Shown: positions 21,600 to 39,641, counted from the stretch's first letter. The stretch: 64,000 nt of DNA from the human T2T-CHM13v2.0 reference genome, Homo sapiens (GCF_009914755.1 NC_060927.1), one strand, 5' to 3'. Numbers and translations are program-made. The notes: generated from the sequence alone by a model not told the origin.

Positions 21600-22532
21600 C
21601 TAAACAGGACACCCCAACTGCTGTTGGGAATTGGGTGATGACCGCTATAGCTACTTCCTGCTGGTTAGGGGCGAAGAAGGGGCCCTGCTGTGGTAGTGTC
21701 CTCCAGAGGGGAACTCTCTAGGCCAGCCAAAGGGCCAGTGGGTCAATCCAGGGGTCCTTGGTAGAAGTTGTTAGTTGAGCTCATTTGGGGTTCCATTTGT
21801 AAGACCATCTATAGACTGATGGCCTCGATACTAGAGGAAACAAATTTGACAAGGATGTTAAAACACAGGGCCCGAAGGCGAGTAATAGCAAGATGGCTGT
21901 CAGGAGGCCTAGAAAGGGGAGAAGCCTTGTCGCCCAACTCCAGAGGCTGGTATAAGAGTTTGAAAGGCACTGTCTGATTTCAGAAGCCTTTTCCTATAAA
22001 CGCCGGGTGGCATCTTGTACTATCGCTGACTGGTTAGTGTAAAAACAGCACTCTTACCCTAAGAAGGTGCAGAGTCCTCCTTTCTCAGCAGTGAGGAGGT
22101 CTAGGTCTCAGCAGTTTTGGAGAGTTAGTGATGCCAAAGAGTCTATTTGGGATTGTAGAGTAAGGATAGATTTCGTCATTTCTTGCAAACTGTCTGAGAA
22201 ATCCTTTGAGAGTCTGTGGTAGTAGCATAATGAAGTAGATAAACTGGCTATTCTGGTTTCTGTAGCCATAGCTGTTCCTAACCCTATAAGTAGGGGTATT
22301 AGTTGTATGGCTCTGCGCTGACGGATAGAGAGCTACAAAGCCAACAGTCATTTGCCAGGGAAGGATTGGACTGGTTTAACAGAGAGTGGGTTAAGTTGAG
22401 AGTCTTGTACAGGTAATTAGGAGCTAGGGGAAGGGGAGGGGCAATTGTATGAGGTGTCCAAGGAAGCAGGAGGGATAGATAGGCAAAGAGTAAATAGGAA
22501 GGTAAGGAGGGTGCTCTGGAACACGAGATCAT
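21600..22532 (-). pseudogene. ERV9 env remnant with most of SU deleted
   Basis: Signal peptide and DCWLC motif joined almost directly to the fusion-peptide region and the degenerate ISU/CX6CC segment (LQNC*DLDLLTAEKGGLCTFLG*ECC). Confidence 0.82.
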
Positions 22533-22849
22533 TTTATCCAGTCTGAGTTAAAGGTGGGAGTAAATTGCTGTCAGAAGGAAGGAAGATAGAAAAAAGGTTG
22601 ATGTGATTAGGATTTGCATCCCAGCAGGAGCTATAGTATGTAGTCCTATCGTAAAGAGTATGGTTAGTATGCTGCTTAATAATATTATGAAATAGTAAAA
22701 GGATTCCATTAAAGGGGCAAGGAGAGGTATTAAAGATTATGTAGGTTTTCACTTATCTTTTTTAAGGAGGAAAGGGTTTTTCCTCAGGATCAGTGGTAGG
22801 AGCCTTTTTAGTCTGGGATATTTCCTTTCAAAATAGGAGATGCAAGTCC

Positions 22850-26000
<3,151 letters not shown>

Positions 26001-26006
26001 GCACCC

Positions 26007-27452
26007 TCAGTCCTGTTGTTGGATCATCTGGTTGGGGGCTTGTGGCCCAGAGGACCTTTGTCCTCTGGGGTAGTGCACCTTCCAGTGATTGCCTTGGCAT
26101 AATGGACATAAGTGAAGGGGCAGCTCGTTTCTCATTGGACACTCTTTTAAAGTGTCCTTGCAAACCACACTGGTAACAAGCCCTACCAGGTAATTGGCAT
26201 GCTCCATTTTCTGTCCTCTCTGAACCACCAAGGTTGGTTTGTCTGAGTGCCATGACTAAGGCTGCAGCCTTTCTCTGATCTCACTTTTCCTTTTGGGCCT
26301 GTTCCTCTTGGTCCCTACACCGAGGTAGCCAGGTTTAATAATGCCTCCAGATTTTGTTCAGGGCCCAGGGCTCACTTTTGGAACTTTCTCCTGATATCTG
26401 CAACTGATTGGGTAATAAACTTATCTTTTAGGATCAATTGACCCTCGAGTGAGTCAGGTGACAGGGGAGTATATTTTCTTAAGGCTTCCCGTAACCGCGC
26501 GAGGAAGGCAGAAGGATTTTCTTCCTTTCCCTGAGTTATGGTGGACATCATTGAATAATTCATGGGCTTTTTCCTAATTCTCCTTAGTCCTTCTAGAACA
26601 CAGGTCAACAGATGTTTGTGATTCCAGTCCCCATGATCTGAGTCAAGGTCCCAGTGGGGATCCATACTGGGGATAGCTTGCTGACCGGTAGGGAATTTGT
26701 CCCTTTCTTCAGCTGTCATTCTGTCATTTACTTCACTAAGATACCAGGTATCTCCAAACTCTTGGGCTGCAGCTAAAGCCGCATTCTTTTCATTAAAGGC
26801 CAGGGTTTGATCTAACAATAGCATGACATCTCTCCAAGAGAGATCGAGGGTCTGCCCTAAACCCTGTAGGACATCTATATACCTATCAGGATCATCTGAA
26901 ATCTTCCCCAGATCTACCTTGATCTGCTTTAAATCAGAGAGGGAGAAGTGGACATGTACCTGGGTTGGGCCAAATTCCCCTCCCCCTACAGCTTGAAGGG
27001 GACGTAACCGATAACCTGGGGGTTTTTGTGGTCCTTTGGAGATTTCTTTGCTTGTTTTCTTCTGGGCAGGGGAGATTAAAGGAGGCTTCTCATTAATAGG
27101 AAGGGGAGCTATAGGGAGGCTAGGATATGGAGGTAAGCTGAGAGGCCCTCCTGTGGGATGTAAATTGCAAGCTTTGCATAGTTGTGTATTCTCCTTCAAT
27201 GAAAAGAAAGCTTGGACATAAGATATTTCACTCCATTTGCCTTCACTCTTACAGAAAAGGTTAAGCTGCAGGATAGTATTGTAATTTATACTTCCCTCAG
27301 ATGGCCATTTTTCCCCATCAGAGAATATCGGGGCCAGGCCATAGTGCAGAAAAAAATGAGCCACCACTTTTTCAGGGTTTGCAGGTCAAATTGGTCCCAA
27401 TGGCTTAGGATGCATTTCAGGGCTGAGCCTGTTGATGCCTGAGTGTTTCCCA
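26007..27452 (-). pseudogene. ERV9 gag remnant (matrix, p30 capsid ORF of 331 codons, zinc knuckles)
   Basis: MGNTQAS start, PPPY-like [32 protein letters not shown] and CPLCQGNHWKVH; frameshifted. Confidence 0.9.
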
Positions 27453-28597
27453 TCTGAAAGACAAAACCGCCCATGGTTTTGGTTTGTTTGTTTCTACCCC
27501 CAGTCCAAGAACCCCCAATGGTCCCTGGACCCTGCTGATTGGAATATTGCACTCACCGACGCAGCAGCAGAAACAGTAGTTTTCCTCCTAGACCACAAGG
27601 AGGACTGAGGAAGATCAGATTTAGTGGCCCTTACTGACACATTCTCGAAAACCTGCACCCTTGCCTGTCTTCCTAGATCACAAAGCGGACTGAGAAAAAT
27701 CAGATTTAGTGGCCCTTACCAATGCATTCTTGAAAACCTGTTAGAGTCCTAAGCATTCTCCTGTTAGTACTGGGACTTTGCCCCGTCCTATAAAGATGTT
27801 ATGCCCCCAAAATGAAATGGAGGGCCATACCCTGAGGGAGGGGAGGGATCTCCAGGGTTGGTAGAGTGACACCTTTTATCCTCACTTGAATAGGAAGGAT
27901 ATCATTTCTGAAGCTCCCCATATCCTAGCTTCAGGAATAGCTTTTGTTAGGCCTGCTAGTCTGAGGAGGGATCCTAAAATTCCAGATAGTCCCCCCTACG
28001 ACGGAGCTTTGGGCAAAAATTATGTCTTTCTTATTGGTGAGCCCAGGTGCCTAAAGAAGGGAATAGAGTCCTGGAGTTTATACTAGAAATCATTATTACA
28101 AGAGAAACTAGAAAAGCACCAGACAAGGAGTGGTTTTTAGAAGCAGGACTAGCCTCGGAGAAGAGAGGTGAGAGAAAGTTTATCTGACAAGCATTAGGAC
28201 CCAGGAGGCAAGTGTCAGGATAGATAGGATAGATGGGTGAGTCTCCCTTGGGTGACATGACTTTGAGAGTTCTACTCACAGCCGCAGGGTCAACCAACTT
28301 GTTGTCGGGACCCCAGAACTGAATGGCTTTCCTCTCTGTCAACCTTTATCTCAGCCCGGAAGTACAGGAAAAGCAGAAGCTGGTTCCAGGCAAACCAATG
28401 CTCTCCACTCCGAAGAGTCAGGGGTTGTTAGAGAGCCCTTTCCTAGAAAGCCTGACAGCCATGTCTTTAGTCCAGCGGCCACGCTAGTCACTTTTAACTG
28501 GCCGACAGGTGCCCGGTATTTAGCCCCTGAATTCTAAGGAAAAATAGAACAGAATAGCAAGCGAAAGGGGTCTGATGGTACTCACTGCTTGGTGAAG

Positions 28598-28615
28598 GCC
28601 CCACATTGGGCGCCA
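28598..28615 (-). promoter_or_regulatory. ERV9 primer-binding site, tRNA-Lys(CUU) type
   Basis: Minus strand reads TGGCGCCCAATGTGGGGC, a 17/18 match to the tRNA-Lys(CUU) complement, 3 nt after the LTR end. Confidence 0.85.
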
Positions 28616-29336
28616 AAATGTGTCCAGAATGTATTCCTTCCAGTGGGTTCTTGGTCTCGCAGACTTCAGGAATGAAGCTGTGGACCTTCGCGATGAGTGT
28701 TACAGCTCTTAAAGATGGTATGTCCGGAGTTTGTTCCTTCAGACGTTTAGATGTCTCTGGAGTTTCTTCCTTCCAGTGGGTTTGTGGTCTTGCTGACTTC
28801 AGGAGTGAAGCCATGGATCTTTGTGGCGAGTGTCACAGCTCTTAAAGGTGGTGTGGACCCAAAGAGTGAGCAGCAGCAAGATTTATTGTGAAGAGCAAAA
28901 GAACAAAGTTTCCACAGTGTGGAAGGAGACCTGAGCGGGTTGCCTTTGCTGGCTGGGGTGGCCAGCTTTTACTCCCTTATTTGGCCCTACCCACATCCTG
29001 CTGATTGGTCCATTTTACAGAGAGATGACTGGTCCATTTTACAGAGTGCTGATTGGGCCATTTTACAGAGTGCTGATTGGTGCATTTACAATCCTATAGC
29101 TAGACACAGAGTGCTGATTGGTGCGTTTTTACAGAGTGCTGATTGGTGCGTTTACAATCCTTTAGCTAGACACATAGCGCTGATTGGTGCGTTTTTACAG
29201 AGTGCTGATTGCTGCATTTACAGTCCTTTAGCTAGACACAGAGCACTGATTGGTGCATTTACAATCCTCTAGCTAGACAGAAAAGTTCTCCCAAGTCCCC
29301 ACTAGACCCAGGAAGTCCAGCTGGCTTCACCTCTCA

Positions 29337-30134
29337 GTTTTATGCTGCACAAAAGCTGTGAGCCTTCTGCCTGGGGAAACCCCGCAAAAGTTCCAACGGG
29401 TCTGTGGACCCTTGCCAGCGGTGATGATAGGATTACTTCCAGGTAGATCTACTTTAAATTTAAAAGGAGTGCAAGTACAAACAGGAGTCATTGATTCAGA
29501 TTACAATGGGGAAATTCAAATTGTTATATCTACTTCTGTTCCCTGGAAAGCAGAGCCAGGAGAGCGCATAGCACAACTTCTGATTGTGCCGTATGTAGAA
29601 ATGGGGAAAGTGAAATTAAATGAACAGGATTATTTGGAAGCACAGATAAGGCAAAGCAGCTTATTGGGTGAATCAAATTACTGATAAACATCATACCTGT
29701 GAAATAACTATTCAGGGAAAGAAATTTAAAGGTTTAGTAGATACAGGAATGGACATTTCAATCATTTCTCTTCAGCATGGCCGTCAACATGGCCAATTCA
29801 ACCCACTTAATTTAACATAGTTGGAGTTGGTAAAGCCCCTGAAGTATATCAAAGTAGTTATATTTTGCATTGTGAAGGGCCTGATGGACAACCTGGGACT
29901 ATTCAACCAATTATAACTTCTGTACCTATAAATTTATGGGGAAGAGATTTATTACAACGATGGGGAGCACAAGTTCTAATTCCTGAGCAGTTTTACAGCC
30001 CTCAAAGTCAACATATGATGCATGAAATAGGGTATGTCCCTGGTATGGGACTAGGAGAAAATTTGCAAGGTTTGAAGGAACCGCTTCAAGTGGAAAGACA
30101 AAGTTCCTGCCAAGGTTTAGGATATCATTTTTGA
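29337..30134 (+). pseudogene. HML-3 dUTPase-protease-G-patch remnant
   Basis: dUTPase motif GVIDSDYNGEIQI, protease active site LVDTG (~29735), NLWGRDLL, G-patch [14 protein letters not shown]; frameshifted. Confidence 0.88.
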
Positions 30135-32640
30135 TGGCGGACATTGTTAAGCCTCAAGAACCTATACCTTTAAAATGGTTAACAGATAAGCCAATTTTGA
30201 TAGAACAATGGCTGCTAAGTAAAGAGAAACTGGAGGCTTTAGAGTACTTACTTACTGAACAATTAGAAAAAGGACACATAGCTCCAACATTTTCCCTTTG
30301 GAATTCTCCAGTCTTTGTTATTAAGAAAAAATCAGGTAAATGGAGAATGTTAACTGATTAATTCAGTTACACGACCTATGGGGACATTACAGCCAGGATT
30401 GCCTTCTCCTGCTATGATTCCGAAAAACTGGCCTTTAATAGTCATAGATTTAAAAGACTGTTTCTTTACTACCCCTTAGCTGAGCAAGACTGTGAATGGT
30501 TTGCATTTACAATTCCTGCAGTAAACAACCTGCAGCCTGCTAAGCATTTTCACTGGAAAGTGTTGTCACAAGTCATGTTAAACAGTCCAACAATTTGCCG
30601 GACTTATGTAGGGCAAGCAATTGAACCTACTTGTAAAAAATTTTCACAGTGTTACATTATTCATTATATGGATGATATATTTTGTACTGCCCCCACTCAA
30701 GAAATATTGCTCCAATGTTATGACCACTTGCAAAATTCGATTTCTCACACTGGTTTATTTATAGCTTCTGACAAAATTCAGACTAATACTCCTTACTCCT
30801 ACTTGGCGACCTTGGTAAATGACACTACTATTGTGCCACAGAAAGTAACCATATGTAGGGATCAATTGAAAACATAAAATGACTTTCAAAAATTACTAGG
30901 GGACATTAATTGGATACAACCTGTTCTAGGCATTCCTACCTATGCCATGAGTAATCTATTTTCTATCTTTAGAGGAGGTCCTAGTCTCACTAGCCCTCAA
31001 CAATTAACAAAGGAGGCTGAGGCAGAGTTACAGCTGATTGAAAAGCAAGTCCATAAGGCTCAAATAAATAGAATAGATACAGAGAAGACTCTAGATTTGC
31101 TAATTTTTCCAGCTCATCATTCACCTACTGATGTTATTGCCCAACAGCAGGACTTAGTAGAATGGCTTTTTCTTCCAAATACTAATTCACAGACTCTAAC
31201 TTCTTATTTGGATCAAATCGCTACTATGATAGGAAATGGGAGAACTTGGATTGTTAAATTACATGGATATGATCTTGGAAAAATTATTGTCCCTCTCACG
31301 AAGGCACAAATACAGCAAGCTTTTATAAATAGTCTTACTTGGCAAACCCATTTAGCTGACTTTGTGAGTATTCTCGATAATCATTTTCCTAAAACAAAAC
31401 TGTTTCCATTTTTGAAATTAACTAATTGGATTCTCCCTAAAATAACGAAATTTAAACCAATTGAAGGTGCTGAGAATGTTTTTACAGATGGGTCTACAAA
31501 TGGTAAAGCTTCTTATTCTGGCTTGAAAGGTAAAGTTTTTCAGATGCCTTATACTTCAGCTCAAAAAGTGGAGCTTGTAGCTGTAATTGAGGTATTGACT
31601 GTTTTTGATATGCCTATTAATGTGATTTTGGATTCTTCATGGTTCATTCCACACAATTAATTGAAAATGTGCAGTTAATGATTTCATACAGATGAACAAC
31701 TGATGACTTCATTTGCCCAATTGCAAACAGCAGTTAGGAGTAGAATGCACCCTTTTTACATTACTCATATTAGGGCTCATATGCCTCTTCCAGGACCTTT
31801 AACTGAAGGAAATCAAATGGCTGATTGCCTAGTTGCTACTGCAATATCTAATGCCAAACATTTTCACAATTTAACCCTTGTTAATGCCTCTGGTCTCAAA
31901 CGCAGATACAGCATTACCTGGAAAGAAGCTAAAGCTATCATCCAGCGATGCCCAACTTGCCAAATGGTGCATTCCTCATCTTTTACAGGAGGAATTAATC
32001 CTCAAGGATTGGAACCTAATTCTCTTTGGCAAATGGATGTCACACATGTTCCGTCGTTTGGGAGACTAGCTTATGTACATGTATGCGTGGACACCTTTTC
32101 TTACTTTGGGCTACATGCCAATCAGGAGAGTCTTCTGCCTGTGTTAAATGTCACCTTTTGCAGTGTTTTGCAGTGATGGATATTCCAGCTTCTATTAAAA
32201 CAGATAATGCCCCAGGCTGTACTAGCCAAGCTCTAGCTACATTTTTCTCTCTATGGAATATTAAACACATTACTGACATTCCATATAATTCTCAAGGACA
32301 AGCCATAGTAGAAAGGATGAATCTCTCCCTGAAACAGTAGTGGCAAAAGCAAAAGGGGAGAAACAGGGACTACAGGACACCCCATATACAATTGAATCTA
32401 GCATGATTGACTTTAAATTTTTGGAGCCTGCCTAAAGGCCAGATGCTATCAGCAGCTGAACAGCATCTACAGAAACCAGCTACAAAGACAGAAGCAGAAC
32501 AACTGGTTTGGTGGAGAGATCTGATAACAAAAAGTTGGTAAATAGGTAAAATAATAACTTGGGGTAGTGGTTATGCTTGTGTTTCTCCAAGACGGAATCA
32601 ACAGCCAATTTGGGTGCCATCAAGACATTTAAAGCCTTAA
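30131..32640 (+). pseudogene. HML-3 pol remnant (RT, RNase H, integrase)
   Basis: [49 protein letters not shown] and GQAIVER motifs, spread across several frames with stops. Confidence 0.92.
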
Positions 32641-33770
32641 CTATGAGCCAGATACCCAGGAAAAGGTTTTGGGAGGATCCCAAAGACCCACCAGTTGCAG
32701 CCATGTTGAGACTGATGCTGAGGAGAACCCCAACTGTCACAAGCAACACCCATCGAACACAGCCACCTACCTGGGGACAGATCAAGAAGCTGTCACAGAT
32801 GGTGGAAGAAAACCTTAGGAAAGCAGGACAACCAGTCACAATTGTAATTTAATGATAGTTATGATAGCGGTGATCACCATTGCCATGAGTATTCCTTCAA
32901 CAAGGGCTGACACAGAGAACAATTATATTTATTGGGCGTATTTATCAATCTTGGCTGGCAATAACGCCTGGATGTAATGACTCTATGACACATTTACACA
33001 TGCTTTCTGGTCTCAGTATTTACCATAATAAATCTGCTCCTATAATTGAGGCATACAGCCCTCAAAAACCTATTTGTAAACAGAATTGGACCTGGTCAGA
33101 AATAATGAATGTACTTGTTTGGGAAGATTGCATTGCAGAATAGGCACAGGTGCTGCGTAACGATTCCTGTGGAATCGTTATTGATTGGTCCCCTAAGGGA
33201 CCAAGCTTGAATTGCACCTCTCAGTCAGCGTGCCACGGCCACACTATGTTCAGCTGGTTTAAACAAAACGGTCAGATGGTAGAAATTGTAAGAAATATGG
33301 CAAGAGTTCCTGTTATCTGGAAACATGGCAGTATAGTGGCACTTCACCCTCAAATGTTATGGCCTGCTGTAGGAGCTAAACATAAGGATTTGTGGAAACT
33401 ATTAATGGCTCTTAAATAAGATTGAAATTTGGAAAAGAATAAAAAAGCATCTAGAAGGACACTCTACAAACTTGTCTTTGGATGTTGCAAAATTAAAAGA
33501 ACAAATATTTAAAGCATCCCAGGCACACCTGACCTTAATGCCAGGAACTGGAGGGTTTGAAGGAGCATCAGACAGATTAGCAGCTATTAACCCATTGAAA
33601 TAGATAAAGACACTTGGAGGCCCTGTGATTTCAATGATGATTGTGCTTTTAATCTGTGTTGTTTGTCTTTGTATAGTCTGCAGATGCAGATCCCAACTCC
33701 TGCGAGAAGTAGCTCACCATGACAAAGCTACCTTTGCTTTTATCGTTTTGCAAAACAAAAAAGGGGGACA
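32640..33770 (+). pseudogene. HML-3 env remnant (centrally deleted) and polypurine tract (~33757-33768)
   Basis: TQPPTWGQIKKL leader, TM-like LKEQIFKASQAHL, hydrophobic anchor MIVLLICVVCLCIV, and aaaaaaggggga before the 3' LTR. Confidence 0.8.
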
Positions 33771-34159
33771 TGTTGGGAACAGGCCCCCAAATCTGGCCAT
33801 AAACAGGCCCCAAAACTGGCCATAAACAAAATCTCTGCAGCACTGTGACATGTTCATTATGGCCATGATGCCCATGCTGAAGGTTGTGGGTTTACCAGAA
33901 TGAGGGCAAGGAACACTTGGCCCACCGAGGGCGGAAAACCACTTCCAGGCATTCCTAAACCACAAACAATAGCATGAGCAATCCGTACCTTAAGGACATG
34001 TTCCTGCTGCAGATAACTAGCCAGAGCCCATCCATTTGTTTCGGCCCATCCCTTTGTTTCCCATAAGGAATACTTTTAGTTAATCTATAATCTATAGAAA
34101 TAATGCTTATCACTGGCTTGTTGTCAATAAATATGTGGGTCAAACTCTGTTCGGGGCTG
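33771..34159 (+). mobile_element. MER9 3' LTR, truncated 28 nt after AATAAA
   Basis: Colinear with 19220-19609, then diverges into agaaaaaaaagg; the last ~120 bp of the LTR are absent. Confidence 0.88.
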
Positions 34160-34913
34160 AGAAAAAAAAGGAAAAGCATGCTTTCTCAGGTTATGCAACA
34201 GTTAAGTAACACAAATTGTTACACAGATGTCTTTTGTTGTTGTTTTTTTTTTTTTTTTTTTTTTTGGTTTTTTTGACGGAGTCACTCTCTCACCAGGCTG
34301 GAGTGCAGTGTGGCACAATCTTATCTCACTGCAACCTCCAGCTCCCTGGTTCAAGTGATTCTCCTGCCTCAGCCTCCTGATTAGGTGGGACTGTACAGGC
34401 ACACACCGCCATGCCCAGCTAATTTTTTTTTTTTAATTTTAGTAGAGATGAGATTTCACAGTGTTGCCCAGGCTGGTCTCGAACTCCTGAGCTCAGGTAG
34501 TCTGCCCACCTCGGCCTCCCAAAGTGCTAGGATTACAGGCATGAGCCACCACGCCCAGGCTCTGGTGTCCCTTTTTATAAGGACACCAATCCTATCATAA
34601 GAACCCTACCTTCATGACTTCATCTAACCCTCATTACCTCCTTAAGGACCCATCTCCAAATACTATCACATCAGGGTTGTTACAATGATACCATCATAGC
34701 AACATATGAATTTGTGGGGGACACATCCAGTCCATAACAAGGCCTATCTGTGATTGTTTTATTATGCCTCCTTCTCTCCCTTCAGCCCTGCTCTGTTCCT
34801 TCCCTGTAGGCACACACACTAAAATTAATGTGTACCCTCCAATTACTTTCTATACACTCAGTTACATAATTGTTTGGTGTGTATAATGTAGGTTTAAAAA
34901 TTTACATAAATGA

Positions 34914-35162
<249 letters not shown>

Positions 35163-35904
35163 TGATCTGCCCACCTCGCCTCCCAAAGTGCTAGCTAGGA
35201 TTACAGGCGTGAGCCACCGTGCCTGGCCAAGTTCATCCAATTTTTACCTTTTCTTGTACTCAAAACTATGTTTTTGAGAAGTCTCAAAATCCCATGTGAT
35301 TATATATAAATCTTTTTTTTTTTTTTTTGAGGAGTCTTACTCTGTTGCCCAGGCTGGAGTGCAGTGGTGCAAATTTGGCTGACTACAAGCTCCGCCTCCT
35401 GGGTTCATGCCATTCTCCTGTCTCAGCCTCCCAAGTAGCTGGGATTACAGGCACCCACCATCAGGCCTGGCTAATTTTTTTGTATTTTTTAGTAGAGATG
35501 GGGTTTCACCATGTTAGCCAGGATGGTCTCGATCTCCTGACCTCATGATCCACCCTCCTCGGCCTCCCAAAGTGCTGGGATTACAGGCGTGAGCCACCGC
35601 ACCCGGCCGATTATATATAAATCTAACTTAATGCTTCTGGCTGCTGAATCAGCTAATGCATGTACCTTATTTTATTTATCTATTTTAATGATGAACAGAT
35701 TGATCTTTTAAAAAGATAACATTCTTGGCTGGGTGCAATGGCTCATGACTGTCATCCCAGCACTTTGGGAGCCTGAGGTGAGCAGATTACCTGAGGTCAG
35801 GAGTTCGAGAGACCAGCCTGGCCAACATGGTGAAACCCCATCTCTATTAAAAATACAAAAATTGACCACATGTGGTGGCAGATGCCTGTAATCCCAGCTA
35901 CTCA

Positions 35905-36099
<195 letters not shown>

Positions 36100-36628
36100 T
36101 CACCTGAGGTCAGGAGTTCAAGACCAGCCTGGTCAACATGGTGAAACCCCATCTCAACTATAAATACAAAAATTAGCCTGGTGTGGTAGCACATACCTGT
36201 AGTCCTAGCTACCCAGGAGGCTGAGGCTGCAGTGAGCCGAGATCATGCCACTGCACTCCAGCCTGGGCGACAGAGTAGGATCCTGTCTCAAAACAATAAA
36301 ATAAAATGATAACATTCTTTTAATCTCTACAATTTTATGAACTGTAATTTCCAATATGGTGTTGTAGCCCAGAATGCTGTTATACAAAGAATGATGATGT
36401 CAATCCTTTCTGTTTGAGTTTCCATCTGGTTGTTCCCAGATAGTAATAAAAATGTGTGGTATTCAGAATTTCCTTGTGTTTCATTGTACTGACAATATAC
36501 AGGGGACTTGAAGGTCAGAACAAGCTATCATTCTGCCCAAAATGTTCTGAAATGGACAGCTGTGAACTATGATTTCATTTGTTCAGGATATTTGTCTATT
36601 TGATACACTTTTTTTTGCTAAATTTCAG

Positions 36629-36803
36629 GAACAAGAAGTCATCCAACTGGAATAATAATCAAAATGATTATTCCAGTCTCAGTGATTCCCAGTTCCTCTT
36701 TGGATCTCAGTTCTGTCCAGAAAATTCAGAAACCCTATCAGCACCCTTGGACTTTGGTGCCCACTTGAGACATTCAAAACAGTCACAACAGAACTATCTG
36801 GAG
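36629..36803 (+). CDS. IHO1: IHO1 coding exon 2 (NKKSSNWNNNQNDYSSLSDSQFLFGSQFCPEN...QNYLE)
   Basis: Acceptor tttcag| and donor GAG|gtgagt; 175 nt, cumulative 231 nt (phase 0). Lies within ORF 36579..36866. Confidence 0.95.
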
Positions 36804-36876
36804 GTGAGTCTGGTTTCCAGAATTGATCTGCACACATTTCACAGTCATTATGGAGATAAACTATAAAGAATACTTA

Positions 36877-37062
<186 letters not shown>

Positions 37063-37966
37063 TCAAGGCTGCAGTGACCCATGATTCTGCCAGTGTACTC
37101 CAGCCTGGGTGACAGAGTGAGAACCTGTCTCAAAAAAAAAACAAACAAGGCCAGGTGTTGTGGCTCATGCCTGTAATGCCAGCAATTTGGGAGGCCGAGG
37201 CAGGTGGATCACAAGGTCAGGAGTTCAAGACCAGCCTGGCCAAGATGGTGGAACCCCGCCTCTACTAAAAATACAAAAATTAGCCGGGTGTGGTGGCAGG
37301 CGCCTGTAATCCCAGCTACTCGGGAGGCTGAGGCAGAGAATCGCTTGAACTCAGGAGGTAGAGGTTGCAGTGAGCCGAGATCAAACCACTGAACTCTATC
37401 CTGGGAGATAGAGCATGACTCTGTCTCAAAACAAACAAACAAAACAAAAAAACCCGACAACCAATACTTAGTTTCTAGCCTTAAAAAAATTACTTATTCT
37501 GTTGGAATATGTTTTAGAATTGTACATCTGTAAGGATTACTCTCCTAAAGGGATTTGTGCTTGATTAGTGACTCATTTGACTTAATAGTCTGAAATGGCA
37601 ACATTTATATTTGCGGTTTCTTCTATTACAAAGCAACGTAAAATAGTGTCAATTCCTTGACCAATCCTAGGGAGAGGCAAATATATATACATATATATTT
37701 GCCTAAGGCTAGTCATACTATTGTTTGTGAGAATTTATAAGTAAAAATAGTTTTCATAAAATAGAAATAAAATAACAAATTTTATTTTAGACAGACTTTT
37801 TTAAATAATAAACTTCATGTAATCTGTATACTTTAGTCAACTATACTACATTATGTCCTTGAAGAAGAAGGAGATGAGGATTCTGAGGCCTAGGTTAGTG
37901 AGTAAAGGCCAGAATGAGGAACAGAGTCTCTTGAATCCTTGATGTTTTGAGATTAACCTGTCTTTT

Positions 37967-38000
<34 letters not shown>

Positions 38001-38439
38001 AGACAGAGTCTTGCTCTGTCACCTGGGCCGAGGTCCAGTGGCATGATCTCAGTTCACTGACTGCAAACTTCGCCTTCCAGGTTCAAGTAATTCTCCTGTC
38101 TCAGCCTCCCTAGTAGCTGGGATTATAGGTGTGTGCCACCACACACGGCTGATTTTTGCGTTTTTAGTAGAGACAGTGTTTCTCCATGTTGGCGGGCTAG
38201 TCTTGAGCTCCTAACCTCAGATGATCTGCTCACCTCAGCTGCCCAAAGTGCTGGGATTACAGGTGTGAGCCACCATGCCCAGCCTGATTCTTTGAGATCA
38301 ATCTGTGTTTTCTTGTGAGTCAAAAACATTTTGATTTTGGAGGCACCTATAACTAAATGTAGTTTTGTTTTGTTTTGTTTTGTTTTGTTTTTGAGACAGA
38401 GTTTTTCCCTCTGTCACCCAGGCTGTAGTGCAGTGGTGC

Positions 38440-39111
38440 TGTGGCAGGAATCAGAGGACCAGAGAGACCAAATGGATAAAACAGGAGGATTTTATTAAGG
38501 TGTGCACCGGCTCAGCGGATTCGCATCCAAAAGGCTGAGACCTGAACAGAAACAGGGCTTGACTTTTATACACATTTCTGAAAGGGGATTGGCCAGTTTG
38601 AATGGCGTGGAGGGAATTTGGTGGCATGAAGTGTATAGTGCAGGCAAGTGGGCATACAGAAGCAGAACAAAGGCAGTTAATCAAACAGTGACAGGTTTCA
38701 TCATCCTAGCATAGCTCGTGACCTCGCAGCTGCATTGGAAGGAAAACAGGAACTTATCAAACTAAAGCAGGCTTTGCATCTGGTACATATCTTACTCAAG
38801 CTCGTCTTGTGACCTTGTCATGTTGCACAGAAGAGAAACAGGAATTGTAAAACTCTGTGAAGTAACCTTGAGTATCACTAAGGAAGGATTATCAAAGGGG
38901 AGGGGGAAGTTGGGAAAAGAGAAAAACCTGCTTTCCCACCCTCGCCTGGGAATGGGAGGAGAGGGGACTCTGGAGCACATTCCTTGAGGGCTCTGGTTTT
39001 GCACATAGTGTTATCAAAGCCCTGCCAGAGCTCTGCTGCCTATTGCTAGGTCTTGGAGTGAGTCAGCCCAGCAAGAGAAAACTTGTTTTTCTCTTTACAT
39101 CTCCTGCTTCA
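38440..39111 (-). mobile_element. Solo ERV1-class LTR (LTR15-like), 672 bp, inserted into an Alu
   Basis: TG...CA ends. The host Alu is interrupted at cagtggtgc| and resumes |gtgtgatctcagc (4-bp TSD gtgc/gtgt). Subfamily tentative. Confidence 0.7.
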
Positions 39112-39263
39112 GTGTGATCTCAGCTCACTGCAACCTCTGCCTCCTGGGTGCAAGCAATTATCATGCCTCAGCCTCCTGAGTGGCTGGGATTATAGGCGCC
39201 TGCCCCCATGCCCAGCTAATTTTTGTATTTTTAGTAGAGACAGGGTTTCACTGTGTTGGCTAG

Positions 39264-39641
<378 letters not shown>

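Noticed and set aside
26372-27367. 331-codon ERV9 gag ORF as a domesticated gene
   Set aside because: It lacks an ATG start and is frameshifted from the true gag start and from the nucleocapsid; nothing here suggests selection, though dN/dS could not be computed.
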